From Camelus dromedarius (Eukaryota): a stretch of DNA of 64,000 nt. The position numbers were made by a program, and so were the translations under genes. Each line of letters opens with the position of its first letter. The stretch's first letter is position 1. The stretch covers positions 30,196,001 through 30,260,000 of the forward strand of contig NC_087436.1 in assembly GCF_036321535.1 (NCBI RefSeq). The letters run 5' to 3'. The notes beneath the pieces were generated by a model. The model searched no databases, was not told the DNA's origin, and saw only the letters and a list, made by a program, of their open reading frames with translations. Positions 38,000-51,082 of the stretch are shown one piece after another.

Positions 38000-38860
38000 G
38001 TAGTAAATGTTCTTTTCCTGTACCCAAATTAAGGGGAAAATGTTTACTATTTAGTCTAATGTAGGTTTCAGGGTTATTGGAGATATCCTTCATCAAGTAA
38101 AGGGATTTTCCTTCTGTTTATACTTTGCTGAAGGTTTTTCTAATAAATGGACTTGAACTTCATACTTTCTCTGTATGCTATTTTTTCTTTCTTTCTTTCT
38201 GGCTAGACTGGAGTATAAATTAATTTTTTGAATGTTAAACCAACCTTAAAATCTATTTTATATATTATTGGATTCAAAAGCTAATACTGTGTTCAAAAGT
38301 CTTCAGTATGAGCCATATTGGCCTTTCATTTTCTTTTTTTACATTTGATGTATTTCTGTATGTATTTGTATATTTTTCCTCCAGTTTTATTGAGATATAA
38401 CTGATATATAGCATTGTATAAGTTTAAGGTGTACAGCATTATAATTTGGTTTACATCATGAAATGATGACTACAGTAAGTTAGGTGAACATCCATCATCT
38501 CATATATAGAATAAAAGAAAAAGAAAAAATATATTTTTCTTGTGATGAGAACTCTTAGGATTCACTGTCTTAACAACTTTCATATATAACATGCAGCAGT
38601 GTTAATTATATTAATCATGTTGTACATTATATCCTTAGAACTTTTTTATCTTATATCTGGAAGTTTGTACATTTTAACCAGCTTTATCCAGTTCTCTCTG
38701 CCCCTACCCTCTGCCTCTGGTAACCACAAACCTGACTTCATTTTTGTTCTTGATGTATCCTTGCCAGATTTTAGTGTCATACTTTTGTTGGCCTCACAGA
38801 ACACATGGGAAAGTGTTTTCTATTTTCTGAAAGAAGTTGTACAAGATTGGTTTCTCTTTA
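38000..38860 (-). mobile_element. Old L1M ORF2 fragment interrupted by a younger L1
   Basis: CCTTCATCAAGTAAAGGGATTTTCCTTCTGTTTATACTTTGCTGAAGG; resumes TCCTTGCCAGATTTTAGTGTCA...TTGGCCTCACAGAA. Confidence 0.75.
38340..38737 (-). mobile_element. L1MA9-like (laurasiatherian) 3' end
   Basis: CCAGTTTTATTGAGATATAACTGA...TTGTGATGAGAACTCTTAGGAT...CCTCTGGTAACCACAAACCTGA. Confidence 0.88.
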
Positions 38861-38869
38861 ATCTGCTTT

Positions 38870-40320
38870 TGTTAGAGTCTCTGCTAAGACCTTAGAAGGG
38901 CAGGGGGACATCTGTTTTTCCTCCTCTACAGAAGGAACAGGAGGAAGAGGAACCTGTGAAGCCCAGATAACTGCCAAGCCATCCAAGGTTTGAAGTTGAG
39001 CAAATGCTAGTATCATTGACAGTTGGAAAAGCTTATCAATGGAACTTAGAGTTGGTAGGCTCAAAATTTGGGATTATTGTTAAATGAAAAGAGTAATTTA
39101 TACAGAAGGGAAGTCAAATGAGAATTGGAGACCTTTTGCTGAGGTGTATGTTCTGTACTGATGACCAGAGTTGTCTCTCTGGCTCAAGACATCGTAGTCT
39201 AAATGTAGGTTTGATCTTATTCAGCATGCCCAGTTAATCATAGCCTGGGAGAAATATAAGTGGGGGGACAGATTCCAAGCTGATGAGCTGGTTAAAGGTG
39301 AGAGTTATGTAAAGATTACCTTGAGAAGACGAATTGCCCAAGGCATCCTCATATATTAAAGAGAACATTACTGAGTCGGCTAAATTTTAAGAAGGCAAGC
39401 TGCTTTGGATTGGGTATAAGATATGTCAGGGTGTCTCCTAATTTTATCCCTTTAACTGATACTGTGATTGATGCCATAATAAGTGGAGCTCTGCCTCTTT
39501 GAAAGTCTTATTTTATATTGTGATTAAAAAACCAGACCAAAGGAGAAAAACGATCACAAATCTACTAGCTAAACTCCACATGATGGGCATGACAGAAAGA
39601 TGGTATGAATTATTCAGAAAAAAAAGGAAATAATTTTTTAAAAAGGATGATGAAGAGGCAGGATGGTCAAACAAAATGTAAGTGCTTAGGTGGTTAGTTA
39701 AAAGTGATACAAAAGAAGAGAAGATAATTGAAGTGGAAACTAAGGTGATTATGGAACATTGTATGTAATTAGGTGGTCAGGCTGCTCTAACAATTTCTCA
39801 GATGAAAAGAAACCATACATTTGCTCATTCACCCTAGTCCTGATGAATTAAAAGCCTGATAATGACCAAAAAGTGGAATCTTCAGTCTCTTCAGAACTAG
39901 TGTTAATCCAAATAATGTGAGATGAAAAAGGATTATGAATCTGAGTCCCTGGGTAGCTGAGGCCTCTTGGCACAACCTCCAGAGGAAACCTGAGGTCCTG
40001 TGAATTGGTGCTGGTAAAAAAGCCTGAAGAAGCATCACTGGGATTATCAGACAGGGGTGTTTAATGCACACTGATACCTAAACCCGCAAATGAAAATCTG
40101 AAGGGCACTGTGTTAAGTTGACAGGATATAGTGATGCTACTGTAGAACATTCCAAAGTGAAAAGGTGGCTTAAAACATGAATTTATAAATGAATATAATG
40201 TATGGTCAGCACGTCACCCACATATTTATGCATTATTAGAATGAACGTAATGTCTGAATGGGAAACTCTTGCTTTATCAAAACAACTGAAGAATGAGAAT
40301 CCCATGCAAACTTGCACATC
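38870..40320 (+). pseudogene. Class III ERV (ERVL/HERV16-like) gag-protease fossil
   Basis: Hand translation: LMSWLKVRVM*RLP*EDELP (39280), RRQAALDWV (39390), IPLTDTVIDAIISGA, VLRWLVKSDTKEEKIIEVETKVIMEH, protease LGLSDRGV*CTLIPKP (40038) and VSTSPTYLCIIRMNVMSEWETL; many stops and frameshifts. Confidence 0.8.
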
Positions 40321-40344
40321 TTTTTTCTGTCAGATTATTGTTTG

Positions 40345-41340
40345 CTTTTATTTTTTAAAAAGATACAATAAACTGCATATACTTACCTCATACAAGTCAA
40401 GTCTTTACATATGTAAAAACATACCTAATTAGTAAACAAATCTATCACCCTCAAACGTTCCTTTAGAGTCCTCTTTAATCCCACCTCCTGATGTTCCACT
40501 CTTCCAACCTCAGGAAAGTATTGGTCCAGTATTTTTAAACTATAGGTTTGTTTGCATTTTTTTAGAATTTTATATAAATGGAATCATTTAACATGGACTT
40601 TTTTTGGAGGAGCTGTTTGGCTTCTATTTCTCAACATAATTCTTAGATATTAACCAATGTTGTTGCATGTACCAAGAGTTTTTCTCTTATTGCTAAGTAC
40701 TGTTCCATTGTACAGATATATGTCAATATTTCTTTCACCACTTACCTATTGATAGACAGCTGGGCTGTTTCCAGTTTGAAGCTATTAGATAATATCAGTT
40801 ACAAAGATCAGGATGAGTCTTTGTATGGCCATGTAATCTTTTTTTTTTTCTCTTGGGTTAATATCTAAGAGTGGAATGATTAGTGGTGTATCTTCAATGT
40901 ATGAAGAGACTGACAAACTATTTTCCAAAGTGGCTATAACATTTTATATTCCTCTCTGCAGTGTATGAGGGTTCCATTTATTCCAGACAGTCACCAACAC
41001 ATGGTATGATCAGTCTTTTTTATTTTAGTTTGAGTAGCATGTAGGGTTTTCTGGTGGTTTTCATCTGTATTCTGTATATCCCTAAAGACTCATGGTTTTG
41101 AACAGCTTTTCATGTGTATTTGCTATTTATATATTTTGTGGTAACATTTCTGTTCCACTTATTTTTTAATTGTTTTTTTTTTGGATTTCTTATTAACTTT
41201 TGAGAATTCTTTCTCAGAATTATGACTTGAAATTTTATCTCTATGGGTTGTCTTTTCATTTTCTTAACAATTCTTTTGAAGAACGTAAGTTTTTCTTAAA
41301 TTTAGAAAAGTTTTTTGATTAGGTCTAATTTTAAAAAGTC
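40345..41340 (-). mobile_element. L1MB-like 3' end and ORF2 C-terminus
   Basis: TTTGCATTTTTTAGAATTTTATATAAATGGAATCAT; TTTTCCAAAGTGGCTATAACATTTTATATTCC; GGGCTGTTTCCAGTTT. Confidence 0.9.
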
Positions 41341-42724
41341 CCTCCATTGGTTTAATTCAGTGCTCGCATATACTCTATTTCAAGTCATCCTAATCCTCAC
41401 ATGAAGTTCCATTTAATTGAATATATTTAATAACAGTCATTTAAATGAATAAGTAGCCTAAATACCTGATGTAAAGACCTAATGGAAAATATAACTGTTG
41501 CTCCTTCACCAGGACTACTGTGGTACACCCTGGTCACGCGTTCCCCCTTGTGTACCTTATGGTGATCATGGTCACAACGGCTCCACCATTCACAGCCCCA
41601 TATTTATCCCCCCAGACACACCTACAGGAGTAAGGGTGGGTTTTGGAGCAACATTTTAACATAATGAGCATAAGACTATCTTTAGCAGCACAGTTTGTTT
41701 TAACGTCATCTAGATAAAATCAGCTCTCCTAGTGTGTGCCTCTTCAAATTGTGTTATACAAAAGGGAGCATCTTACTGTTTTTCACCCTATGTTCTTATG
41801 TCCTAGACAGCGCTATGAGGGAATGATTATCATTGGTTTATCCCGCTTATATTAGCTAGGAAGACAATTACAGTAAACATTCAACACAGACTTACTGCAT
41901 TAACACAAAACACAACTAAGGAGTAGCAGTAATGAAAAGAAGGGCAGTTATGTATTCGATGTGTAGTAAGTGCCAGGCATTGCAGTTACCACATTATATG
42001 CCATAAACACAGGTCGCCTCTAGAATGTCAGCCTAACTCATGAATGGTGGTTTGGAGGACAAAGTTAACTGTCTCCTCTCTCACAGACCCAAACCCAGAC
42101 CCAACCTACCCTGTACTGATTTCATCTCAGGAAGTATTAATACACCAAGATTTTCATAAATGTGAGTTTGGGGACAAATGTTTGATATTTGTCTCCTCCC
42201 CAGGAACCTTCAGAGTTCTCAGATCGGTGAAATCTGTCACATACAGAATATTGTTTTCCACTAACCAAAAGACACACATAGACTTTCTCTTGTTTATTTA
42301 TTTTTATATTTTGCCCTATATCCACTATAGCCAACTTTATCTACTATGTTTTTTTTCCTTTATTCACTGTGTGCCTCTTCAGTCATTGAGCTAAAATAAA
42401 CTAGATACATCATAGAATAACTAACAAGGAAGTGAGTTCTGAATTTCTGGGTTTGATTCTGGACATTTTCCTGAGCCTTCCTATGGTTTATCCCTGAAAA
42501 CAAACAAAAAAAGAATATCAAACTTCTCATAGGCTATAGAGTAGAAAGTTTTGCTAGAGGCTCAGATAAATCTCTTTTACTTGCAAAATTGCTCATATAA
42601 TGTTTTTAATAAAACCATGGTTCTGAATGTTTGATAAGTCTTAGTATCTACATTATATTATTCTGAAAGCAAACCCAAGTTTCCAGATCAAATACAGATT
42701 ACCATTAATTCGCACAGTGATAAC

Positions 42725-43130
42725 TGTGTCAGGTCCCCACACTCCGTCCCCCCACCCTTTCTCATTCAGGAAGATGTCATAAGAGCCAGATGGACGCTGT
42801 ACGTGCAGAAGAGGTTTTATGCACCACAGGAGAGGGACCAAAAAATTATGAATTTCGGAATTTATAAACTACACGCTGCCCCCTTCCCTTCTGAGCGCTG
42901 AGGGGAAACACTTGCTCCCTAATAGGCTCTAATCCTTTGGAATGTAAACAGCCTGCTCCTGGCTCCAGGTTTCATTCCACTTTGAAAGGTAAACAAATTT
43001 TAAGATAAGCATCTAAATCTCTCTGGAGGTCTCTCACTATCTGAGACTTGTACTTTAATCCAGGTTCCAGTTTCTTGGCTCAGAAAGCCCTAACTGTGCA
43101 AAAACATGAAAACCTTCACTTTCTGATAAT
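42725..43130 (-). mobile_element. Possible old ERV1 LTR (MER67/MER90-like)
   Basis: CAGGAAGATGTCATAAG, GGAATGTAAACAG and GAGGTCTCTCACTATCT motifs; family assignment weak. Confidence 0.4.
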
Positions 43131-44177
43131 GTTAAATTTGAATTACAACTACTTATGTGTATGATGACTAGGAGTCTACATCACAAAAATTAAACAAGAA
43201 CTTACTAAATATATATTTTCTCAGACTTGACAAAAGGTAGCCTGCTTTTTAATTTGTGCTAGTGATACAACTAGCCTATATTACCGAGTCTTTTATATAT
43301 AACTCTAAAAGTAAAACCATTTTTAACGAAAATTAAATACAACGTGCTGTTTTCATCTATCTCATTGTCACTAACATAGGATAAGATGAAAATATCGCAC
43401 TTCAAATAATTGTACATCATGCTATGTTTCCTCAGAGACTTAATCTACATGCAACCTTTTTGGAAACAGCCAAAGCTTTAATAAGAGAAAGTCAATGAAC
43501 CTCATGTACCTTTTATAAAACATGACATAAGCCAATATAATTAAAACTAAACTTATTTCCTGTGGTGAAATTAACTTACAGAAATGAAGGTGTTTATTTA
43601 TTAAATGGGATCTCTGGAGCTCTTGCCTTATTCTTTCCCCTCCTGGGAAGGTTTTGATTGTTTGCTTCCTTTCTCTTGCCTGCTCGCTGTGTAATTTAAA
43701 ACTGATGCCTTCCTTTGGGGAACAAAATTTGATCTGAGAACAGCCTGCACCACGAGCTAAACAAATTACCAATGTTTTACTCACTTTTCTTCCTATATTC
43801 CTTTTTTTTTTTCCCCCGTTAAGAATCAAAAGAATTGCGTGCAGGGGTTTACAAGTGCTGTTGTAAGTTAACATTTAATTTGTAACAATAAGGAGGACAT
43901 ACCAGTCCCGTTAGTGACACAGAGCTGCTTGATGAGAGAAAGTGCAGAAGCAAACAGGTTATTAGTCTCTTTTCTTCCTATTGCCTGAAGTCTGTCCTTT
44001 TCTGACAAGCTTTTGGTTTCTAAGGAACTATTTTTGGATAATAACTGATTAAATTACAAATGCAAACTCATTAAAATAAAAACAAAATTTAAATAATTTC
44101 TTATGAAAACCGAGACCAAAAGGTTTTCTATAGCACAGTGAGTTCAAATAGTATCAGATATATCCTATAACTGCCTA

Positions 44178-44340
44178 TTTATTTATTAAATAAAACATTT
44201 ATTGAGAACAAACTGTGTCCCAGGTACCATGGGAATACCTGCTAGTGCAAATATAAATATGAGTAATGTACCATTTATGCTGTAGGCATTTTATATAGCA
44301 GTATATTTACTCATAATGAGGAAGACATATATGTAAATAG
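44178..44340 (-). mobile_element. L2 3' end fragment
   Basis: AAACATTTATTGAGAACAAACTGTGTCCCAGGTACC. Confidence 0.65.
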
Positions 44341-44792
44341 TTTAGCCAGCCTGACTCGAGTGAGCGGTAAGTTAAGTTTCATAATTCACACTTGATTACT
44401 AGGTGAGAATCAGAAATAGTTTTTGCAGTGTAAGTAAATTTGGTCAGTTAATCATATGCACTGAGAAATTACTTTTCACTTAAGCTCATATTTGTTTCTG
44501 AAAATGATGTTCTAAATCACAAGATTTTCCAAGACAAATGCAACTTTATTACACAGGTTACTATTCCTTAATTCTTTGTTTTATTTGTAATTGACAAAGA
44601 TATTCTGAAGATTAAATTCTACAAGTGTTAATTTAATAAACCCATCTCAATGAGCTGCCAGGTTTGTGGTAGTTTGTTATAGTTGGCCAAAGGGACTGAG
44701 AGAGTTAGTGACAGAGTCCAGACTGTAAGCCAGGCTCCCCTAGATTGAGTCCAGTGTTCCTCCCAGAGAAATCTGCACAAATTAAGTACTTA

Positions 44793-46815
44793 GACATTTA
44801 TTCAATGAGCAGGTATGCATTGAGTATCTACTTTCAATGACATTTTGCTTGGTGCTGAAGACAGAATAGTAAAAAGACTGTGATGAGGCTTAAAATCTAA
44901 TGGGAAAATAGTCATCACCAAGTATAACATATATAGAGAAAATAACAGATTGTAAGAAATGGTTTAAAGGAAACACAGTGCTGAGATAGAGCCTATCAGG
45001 GTTCCTGGAGTGTGTGCATTTGCTGAGGGATATTTACGTATAATAATGAAGGTAGACGTTACCACTTCACACAGATGCGACATGTATACCGGGAAGATAA
45101 AATGGAGCTAAATACGTGAAGAGGAAATGGAAAAGTCTTCCAATGTGAGGGGAGACTACAAACAATGGCTTTGTGCTGTAAGTTTGAATGAAGACCAATG
45201 ATTACACTGTATGAGGATGACTATGATCATATATGTCCTTGTATGTGTATTTGTTAAGGAATGTGATTTTTTCCAAGTATAATAAAAACAATGAAGTGAT
45301 TTTAAGCAACAAAGTGACATAATGCACCCCCTCACTTTATGTCCTCCATAGAATGTAGGCATATAAAGGTAGACACTACTTAAGAAATTGTAATCATTCA
45401 AGTGGGAGAAGTCAGTAGGTAAGTTAGGATGCTGATGCTGGAGATGGGGAAGAGTAGGTAGATTTGAGAAACATGGGGCGTGATATGAACAGGACATGCT
45501 AGTAAAACAGATACTGTTTGCTGGAGAGTCAAGGAAAGAAAGACATCAAAATTGACTATTAAGATCATGGCTTAAGTAGCTGAATGCATGGGGCTGTGAT
45601 TTCCTGAGACTGGTGAATCTGCTGATGGGTATCATTGACTTCCAGTTGGTTTAAAAGATCTGCTAGACAAACAAATGTGGGTGTAATCATTGCGAATTTG
45701 TATTCCTTAATCTAATCAGGTGTTAATCATGTTTTGAGTTCTGTATATAATTCAATTGGATCTAAATATATTTCTTTAAAAATACAAGTTTTTCCACATG
45801 GAGGAGAGGAATTCAGATTTCATCTTGGACATGACAAGTTTGAGATTTCTGTGTGAGACCCTGAAAGGAAATACCAAGAAATACTTGGAAGGACGTGTAG
45901 GAGATTACAGAGATCTGGACCAGAAACATACATTTGGAACATGGTATTGAGCTGGTCTTTAAAACCTAGAAAATTAGTAATATAATTAATTGGGTAATTC
46001 TAAGACAGAAAAGGACTAAGATTATCCTTGTGAAGTACATAATTTTAGAGGCCAAACAGGACAGAGTAGTGAACAAAAAAATGCTGAGAAGGAAACATTA
46101 GTGAAGAGGGGGTAAAATCGATAATAATTGGTGATAAAATACCATTTGCATAAGAATGATGCTAGGTTAACCTCTCTGTATGATGCCTAAATATTAAAGG
46201 ATGTGAAGATGGAAAGGTTTACCTTGAGTTCCTGAATGCTGAGGTCACTGATGACTAGGATGAGGGTAGTTCCACCATAATTCTGGGATGAGGAACTGAT
46301 TTTGTAATTGAAGAGTGAATAGAAGGTGAGGTGCAGACACATCGTGTACACATGGCTCTTCAGAGACAGTTGTGAAAGGGAGCAGTGAATCTGGTGGTCT
46401 CCATATTATTCTAAGGAGCAAGAGTTTTATTAATTAGAGTGTATCTGTACACTGATGAAGATTATTCAGTTGAAATGGAGAAAATGATGGTGCAAGAGAG
46501 AAGGAGTTAAGTAGAGGTGCAGCTATTAGGAAGTCTAGAGTGGAAGGAATTCACTGCACAAGTGGAGAAATTATTTCTTGGTAAAAAGAGAATCGTTTAT
46601 AGGAGGAAGTTATTTTAACGAAGTCACTGAAGCAAAAGCAATGGTGTGTAGCTTTCACAGTGTGACAGTGAGAAGATGTGTAGCTGTTTATTTATTTTCT
46701 CGGTGAAATATGGGCAAGACCACAGCTGAAAGTGAGAGGAGATGGAGACATGTGGAGTATTTGAGGGGAAATTAAAGGGTGCAAAGTAAACATTTTAGGA
46801 AGTGAGGGAAAGGAA
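44793..46815 (-). mobile_element. L2 LINE, ~2 kb
   Basis: Starts CATTTATTCAATGAGC...TTGAGTATCTAC; TTGGACATGACAAGTTTGAGAT; GAGGTCACTGATGAC; TTTATTTTCTCGGTGAAATA. Confidence 0.85.
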
Positions 46816-46849
46816 CTCCATTATAAATAAAAAGGATTGAAGAATGATT

Positions 46850-47320
46850 GTATTTGTGAATGTTAAACTACAAGTGATAGGAAAGAACAGTAATAGTGGC
46901 TTAAATAAGATTAAATTTCGTATTTCCTTGTACATATGAATAGACAGGCAAGAGTTAGTGAGAGGATCTCATGATCATCAGGAAACCAGGCTCCCATATT
47001 TTGCTTCACCAGCCTTAGCACTGCTTTCTCCTCATGGTGCGGGTTGCCTGTTTAAGCCCATGATACCACCATTTAGGTGCCTTCGAGGGAGCAGGAAGTA
47101 GAAATGAGATAGAAGGAAGAGCCCACTCCTTCCCTTCAAGTACAATTCCAGCTACTTTTCTGCACCGTTTCATGTTCTTTACAATTTGGCTAAAATTTAG
47201 ACACATAGCCATGCTTAGCTGCCAAAAAAGACCAAAATGCAATCCATTCTAGGTAGACAAGTATCCAGTGATAATCTGGGATCTACTGCTCCAGAAGAGA
47301 GGAGAACAGCTGTTAGGTGA
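46850..47320 (-). mobile_element. MLT1J-like MaLR LTR
   Basis: AGTGGCTTAAATAAGAT; CATCAGGAAACCAGGCTCC; TTGGCTAAAATTTAGACACATAGCCATGCTTAGCTGC. Confidence 0.8.
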
Positions 47321-47759
47321 TGTGATCATTGGTTTTATGTGTTAACTTGACTGAACTGAGTGATGCCTAGATAGCCAGAAAAACATTATTTCTGAGTGTG
47401 TCTGTGAAGGTGTTTCCAAGAAGAGATTAGCATTTGATTCAGTAGACTGAACAAAGATCTGCCCTCACCAAGGAGGTGGGAGTGTCATACAATCTGTTGG
47501 GGATCCTGAATAGAACAAAAGGGAGAGGAAGTATGAATTCTCTCTCTCTCTCCCCCTCTTCGGGCTGCAGTGTTCATCTTCTTATGCCCTTTTTCCCTGG
47601 AGCCCCTGGTTCTTGGACCTGAGGACTCAGACTGAATGAGACCACAGTTCTCCTGGTTCTCCAGCTTCTAGAGGGTAGATTGTAAGACTTCCCAGCTTCC
47701 ACAACTGTGTGAGCCAATTCCTATAATAAATATCTCTGAGAAAGTCTTAATCTATGACA
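47321..47759 (+). mobile_element. MLT2D-like ERVL solo LTR
   Basis: TGTGATCATTGGTTTTATGTGTTAACTTGACTG...GAGATTAGCATTTG...GTGAGCCAATTCCTATAATAAA. Confidence 0.9.
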
Positions 47760-48018
47760 AATGGAGAAATTCCCAGAAGCAATTTTTGAGCTGAAAATGA
47801 CAATCCTCTTTCATCCTTCAGTTCTCATCTAATAAATATTTTTAATTTTTGATAGTCTGATACGTACAAAAAATAAGTGGTATGATTTAGACTGATATTT
47901 AGATTGCATATCATTCAGGTGGGATCCCTTCAGGAAGGGTGGAAGAATGTAAGTATTTATTTGGTGAAAGAATAAAGGAAAGCCATTGTGCAGTGGCGAC
48001 GACATTCAAATCACCCCT

Positions 48019-51000
48019 TGTAGGGTAAGAATAGGCTAGAGTAGCAAAAAAAACCCCTATTTTTTCTGTGGCATAAAAACAAAACAAAACAAAACAGCAA
48101 AAAACTTATGTTTACTTCCTGTTCATGCTGCATGATTAGTTAACATGGGTCATTAAAGAGCTTTGCTTCACACAGGCTTTCAGAAACCCAAGCTAACAAA
48201 AATTCTATTTTCTTGTGGCTGCACCAACTGAAATACGTGGCTTTTTCAGCTGGTCTATGAATTAGAAAAAAAATATTTGGAAGTCATGATGGGCTTTTCA
48301 TTACCAAGGCCCTGAGCAATATGTCTGTCTTCATGGCCCTTTGGCTGGAGCCACACACAGCCTCACATAAATGGAAGGTACCTGGATAATACAGAAAAGC
48401 AATGGCAAATGGAGCATTTAGGAAGTATTAATATCTGCCTCAACCCATTATTTTGATTACCAAATTCACTCTTTTTTTCCCCCTTAACTCACAGTGATAA
48501 TTGTGATTTATAATAAGAAATATATATTTGGTCTTCCACACATTTCTGTCAGAGGGCTCCTAAAACCCCTGGAATTTCCGTAATGGTGTCTCTTATATCA
48601 ATGAGGTGATGTTGGGACCCCACCTAAGGAAGGGGCTGGTTGCCAGGGGAACCAACCATGTGATTTAGAGGTTGGAATTTAATCCCACCTCTCCGACCTC
48701 CAGGGAGGGGAGAGGGGCTAGAGATTGAATTAATCACCAATGGTCAAGTATTTAATCAATCATGCCTATGTAATGAAGCTTCCATAAAAACCCAAAAGGA
48801 GGGGGTTCAGAGAGCTTCCAGGTTGGTGAACCAGAACTCTTCCATGTGCCACCATGCCAGACCTAAACTTCACAAGGACAGAAGTTCCTTTGAGACCTCA
48901 CTCTATGCATCTCTTCATCTAGCTATTTATTCCTAACCTTTAATATCCTTATAATAAATCAGTTATCTAGTGAGTAAGCTGGTTTCCTGAGTCCTGTGAG
49001 CTGCTCTAGCAAATGAATTGAGCCCCAGGAGGGGGTCGTGGGAACTTCTGATTAATGGCCAGTTGGTCGGAAGTATAGGTAACAATCTGGACTTGCTTGT
49101 AATTGGGATCTCAAGTGGACAGCAGTCTTGTGGGACGAAGCACTTAACCTATGGAATCTGATGCTATCTCCAGGTAGAAAGTGTCAGAATTGAGTTGAAT
49201 TGTAGCACATCCAGCTGGTGTCTGAGAATTGCTTGCACACATTGGAATTAGGTGCAGAACACTTACTCTTAAAAAAAAAAAAGTTTGAGAAATTCACAGG
49301 CTATTTAACTCTCCAAGAGATTCTTCCATTTCCCTTATCCTACTTGGCCACATATGAAATAGGTGTAGGATAAAATGTTCTTCTTGGAGGCTGTGCATTT
49401 TTCTCAGCTCATTACCTGCATGTAGAAATTGTTTGGGTCAGAACATAGTCACTGTTCTGTCCAGTCACTACATCCAGTGATATGGTCAGAATATAACGTC
49501 TCAAAAAGAGTACAAAAGAGATTTTAGTTACCTGACCCCAACAGACATCCACAATACAGCCGTGAAACAGAAAAAGGAAAGCTTCAATAATAATTCATAT
49601 TCAAAAAACTGGGAAATGTAACAGTGACTGCTCTAGAGCAGCTATAAAATTCTGCTGGGTAGACAATGAAAGACTCCTTACTCCTTGTTTCGCTTGGAAC
49701 TCCTGACTTCACTCCCTGGAAAGACTTCTCTTGTTCATTATTCCTGTGGCTCTTTTTCTGCCCTCGGAGAGATTCTTCCAGGTCCCTCATCCTGACTGGC
49801 GACATCAGAAACAGGCCTAGGAGAGCAGATTCTCCTGGTAGGCTGTGCATCTTTCTCAGTTTATTACCTGTGTGTAGACATTTGGGGGCCAAAGCACAGC
49901 TCTTGTCTTAAACATTGAGAGTAGTTTTTAGAAATGACTTGTCATTTTTGTCAGAACATAGTTTTCTAAAATTTAATAAACATTTTTCAAGATATGTTAA
50001 AGTTAATTTTTTTGTTTGTTTTGTTTTGTTTTGTACACTCTACTCCCTAGTCCCTATCCACCTTTCTTCTCAACTTAATATTGGACAGCTTGTGTACTGA
50101 CTTTGATGGGAAAGCCACATCCTTGATCTGATCTTTGTTCTAAGTCATTAGATTGAAATATCTCACTGGGAATCATACATTATGTTCTTTTTCTATTCCT
50201 GGTGCAACTTAACCATTTGAAAGACATTTAGGATTTGCCATTCACATTCTCTCCCAATTTTATTTTCTGTTCTTCTGACTTGAGCAGTGGTTGGTTTTTT
50301 TTAACACTGAAAGGCAAAAATTTTCTAGAAACTCTATATTTCCTCTCTATTTGCTTTCAAACTGTAACATTTTTTTTTCCTGAGCTTTTTTCTTTCACTA
50401 CCCTGGCAAATGTAGCCAATCGATACCAACACATGTTTAAAAGATTTTGTATTCTCATCTTTTCTCGTAACACAGGGTTCATTAGCAAGTTACCTTGTAT
50501 CCATTTAATTTCAGTTGACAATTTTTCCAAATATTTTGCCACCACAGATCATGGTTTGTTAGCCTTTGGCATCAATTTTCTCACCCTGCTAACATATTTT
50601 AGTTTTTTTTTCCCCCTTAAAGAATCATTTCACTTCTGATGTCAATTTCATTGTTGACTATAGGCTAGATTATGCTGCATTAGTATAAACTGTCAAAGTC
50701 TCGAGCAACTTAAACCCAAAGTTAGACACACCCTCAGACTCTTGTCCCCTGCAGTTCTGTTGCAGCGGCAGGAGGATTCTCTGCTTCATACAGTCACTCA
50801 AGAGTGAAGTACAAAATATCTTGGAATTAAAATATTTATCTGGAACAAATGGGCATATCTCGCCAAGGCAAAGTAAGAGAGACCAGAGGAGCACCAGCCT
50901 AGCTTGGAAGTGGCTCACATTACTTCCCCTCCCAGCTTGTTGCCCAGAATTAGTAATACTGTCTTGGCTAACTGCAAGGAAGGGTAAGAAATAGAATTTT

Positions 51001-51082
51001 TGGTAACTGTGAACCTTTCTGGGGCTCCTATCTTGAGATAATTTATTCTTAAGCTCTTTATTGGACATACTTATCATCCACA
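48019..51082 (-). mobile_element. Full MaLR (old MLT1) provirus: 3' LTR 48019-48442, internal region, 5' LTR ~50651-51082
   Basis: Both LTRs begin with ATAGGCTAG-type text; CACTTCTGATGTCAATTTC marks the 5' LTR/internal junction; minus ORF 50357-50545 resembles MaLR gag; right boundary uncertain. Confidence 0.72.
48502..49262 (+). mobile_element. MER21-like ERVL LTR nested in the MLT1 internal region
   Basis: TGTGATTTATAATAAGAAATATATATTTGGTC; GGGGCTGGTTGCCAGGGGAACCAACCATGTGATT; AATCAATCATGCCTATGTAATGAAGC; GTGTCAGAATTGAGTTGAATTG. Confidence 0.92.

Noticed and set aside
43440..43874. Longest ORF (144 aa, minus strand)
   Set aside because: No recognisable domain or coding-like composition; length attainable by chance in 64 kb
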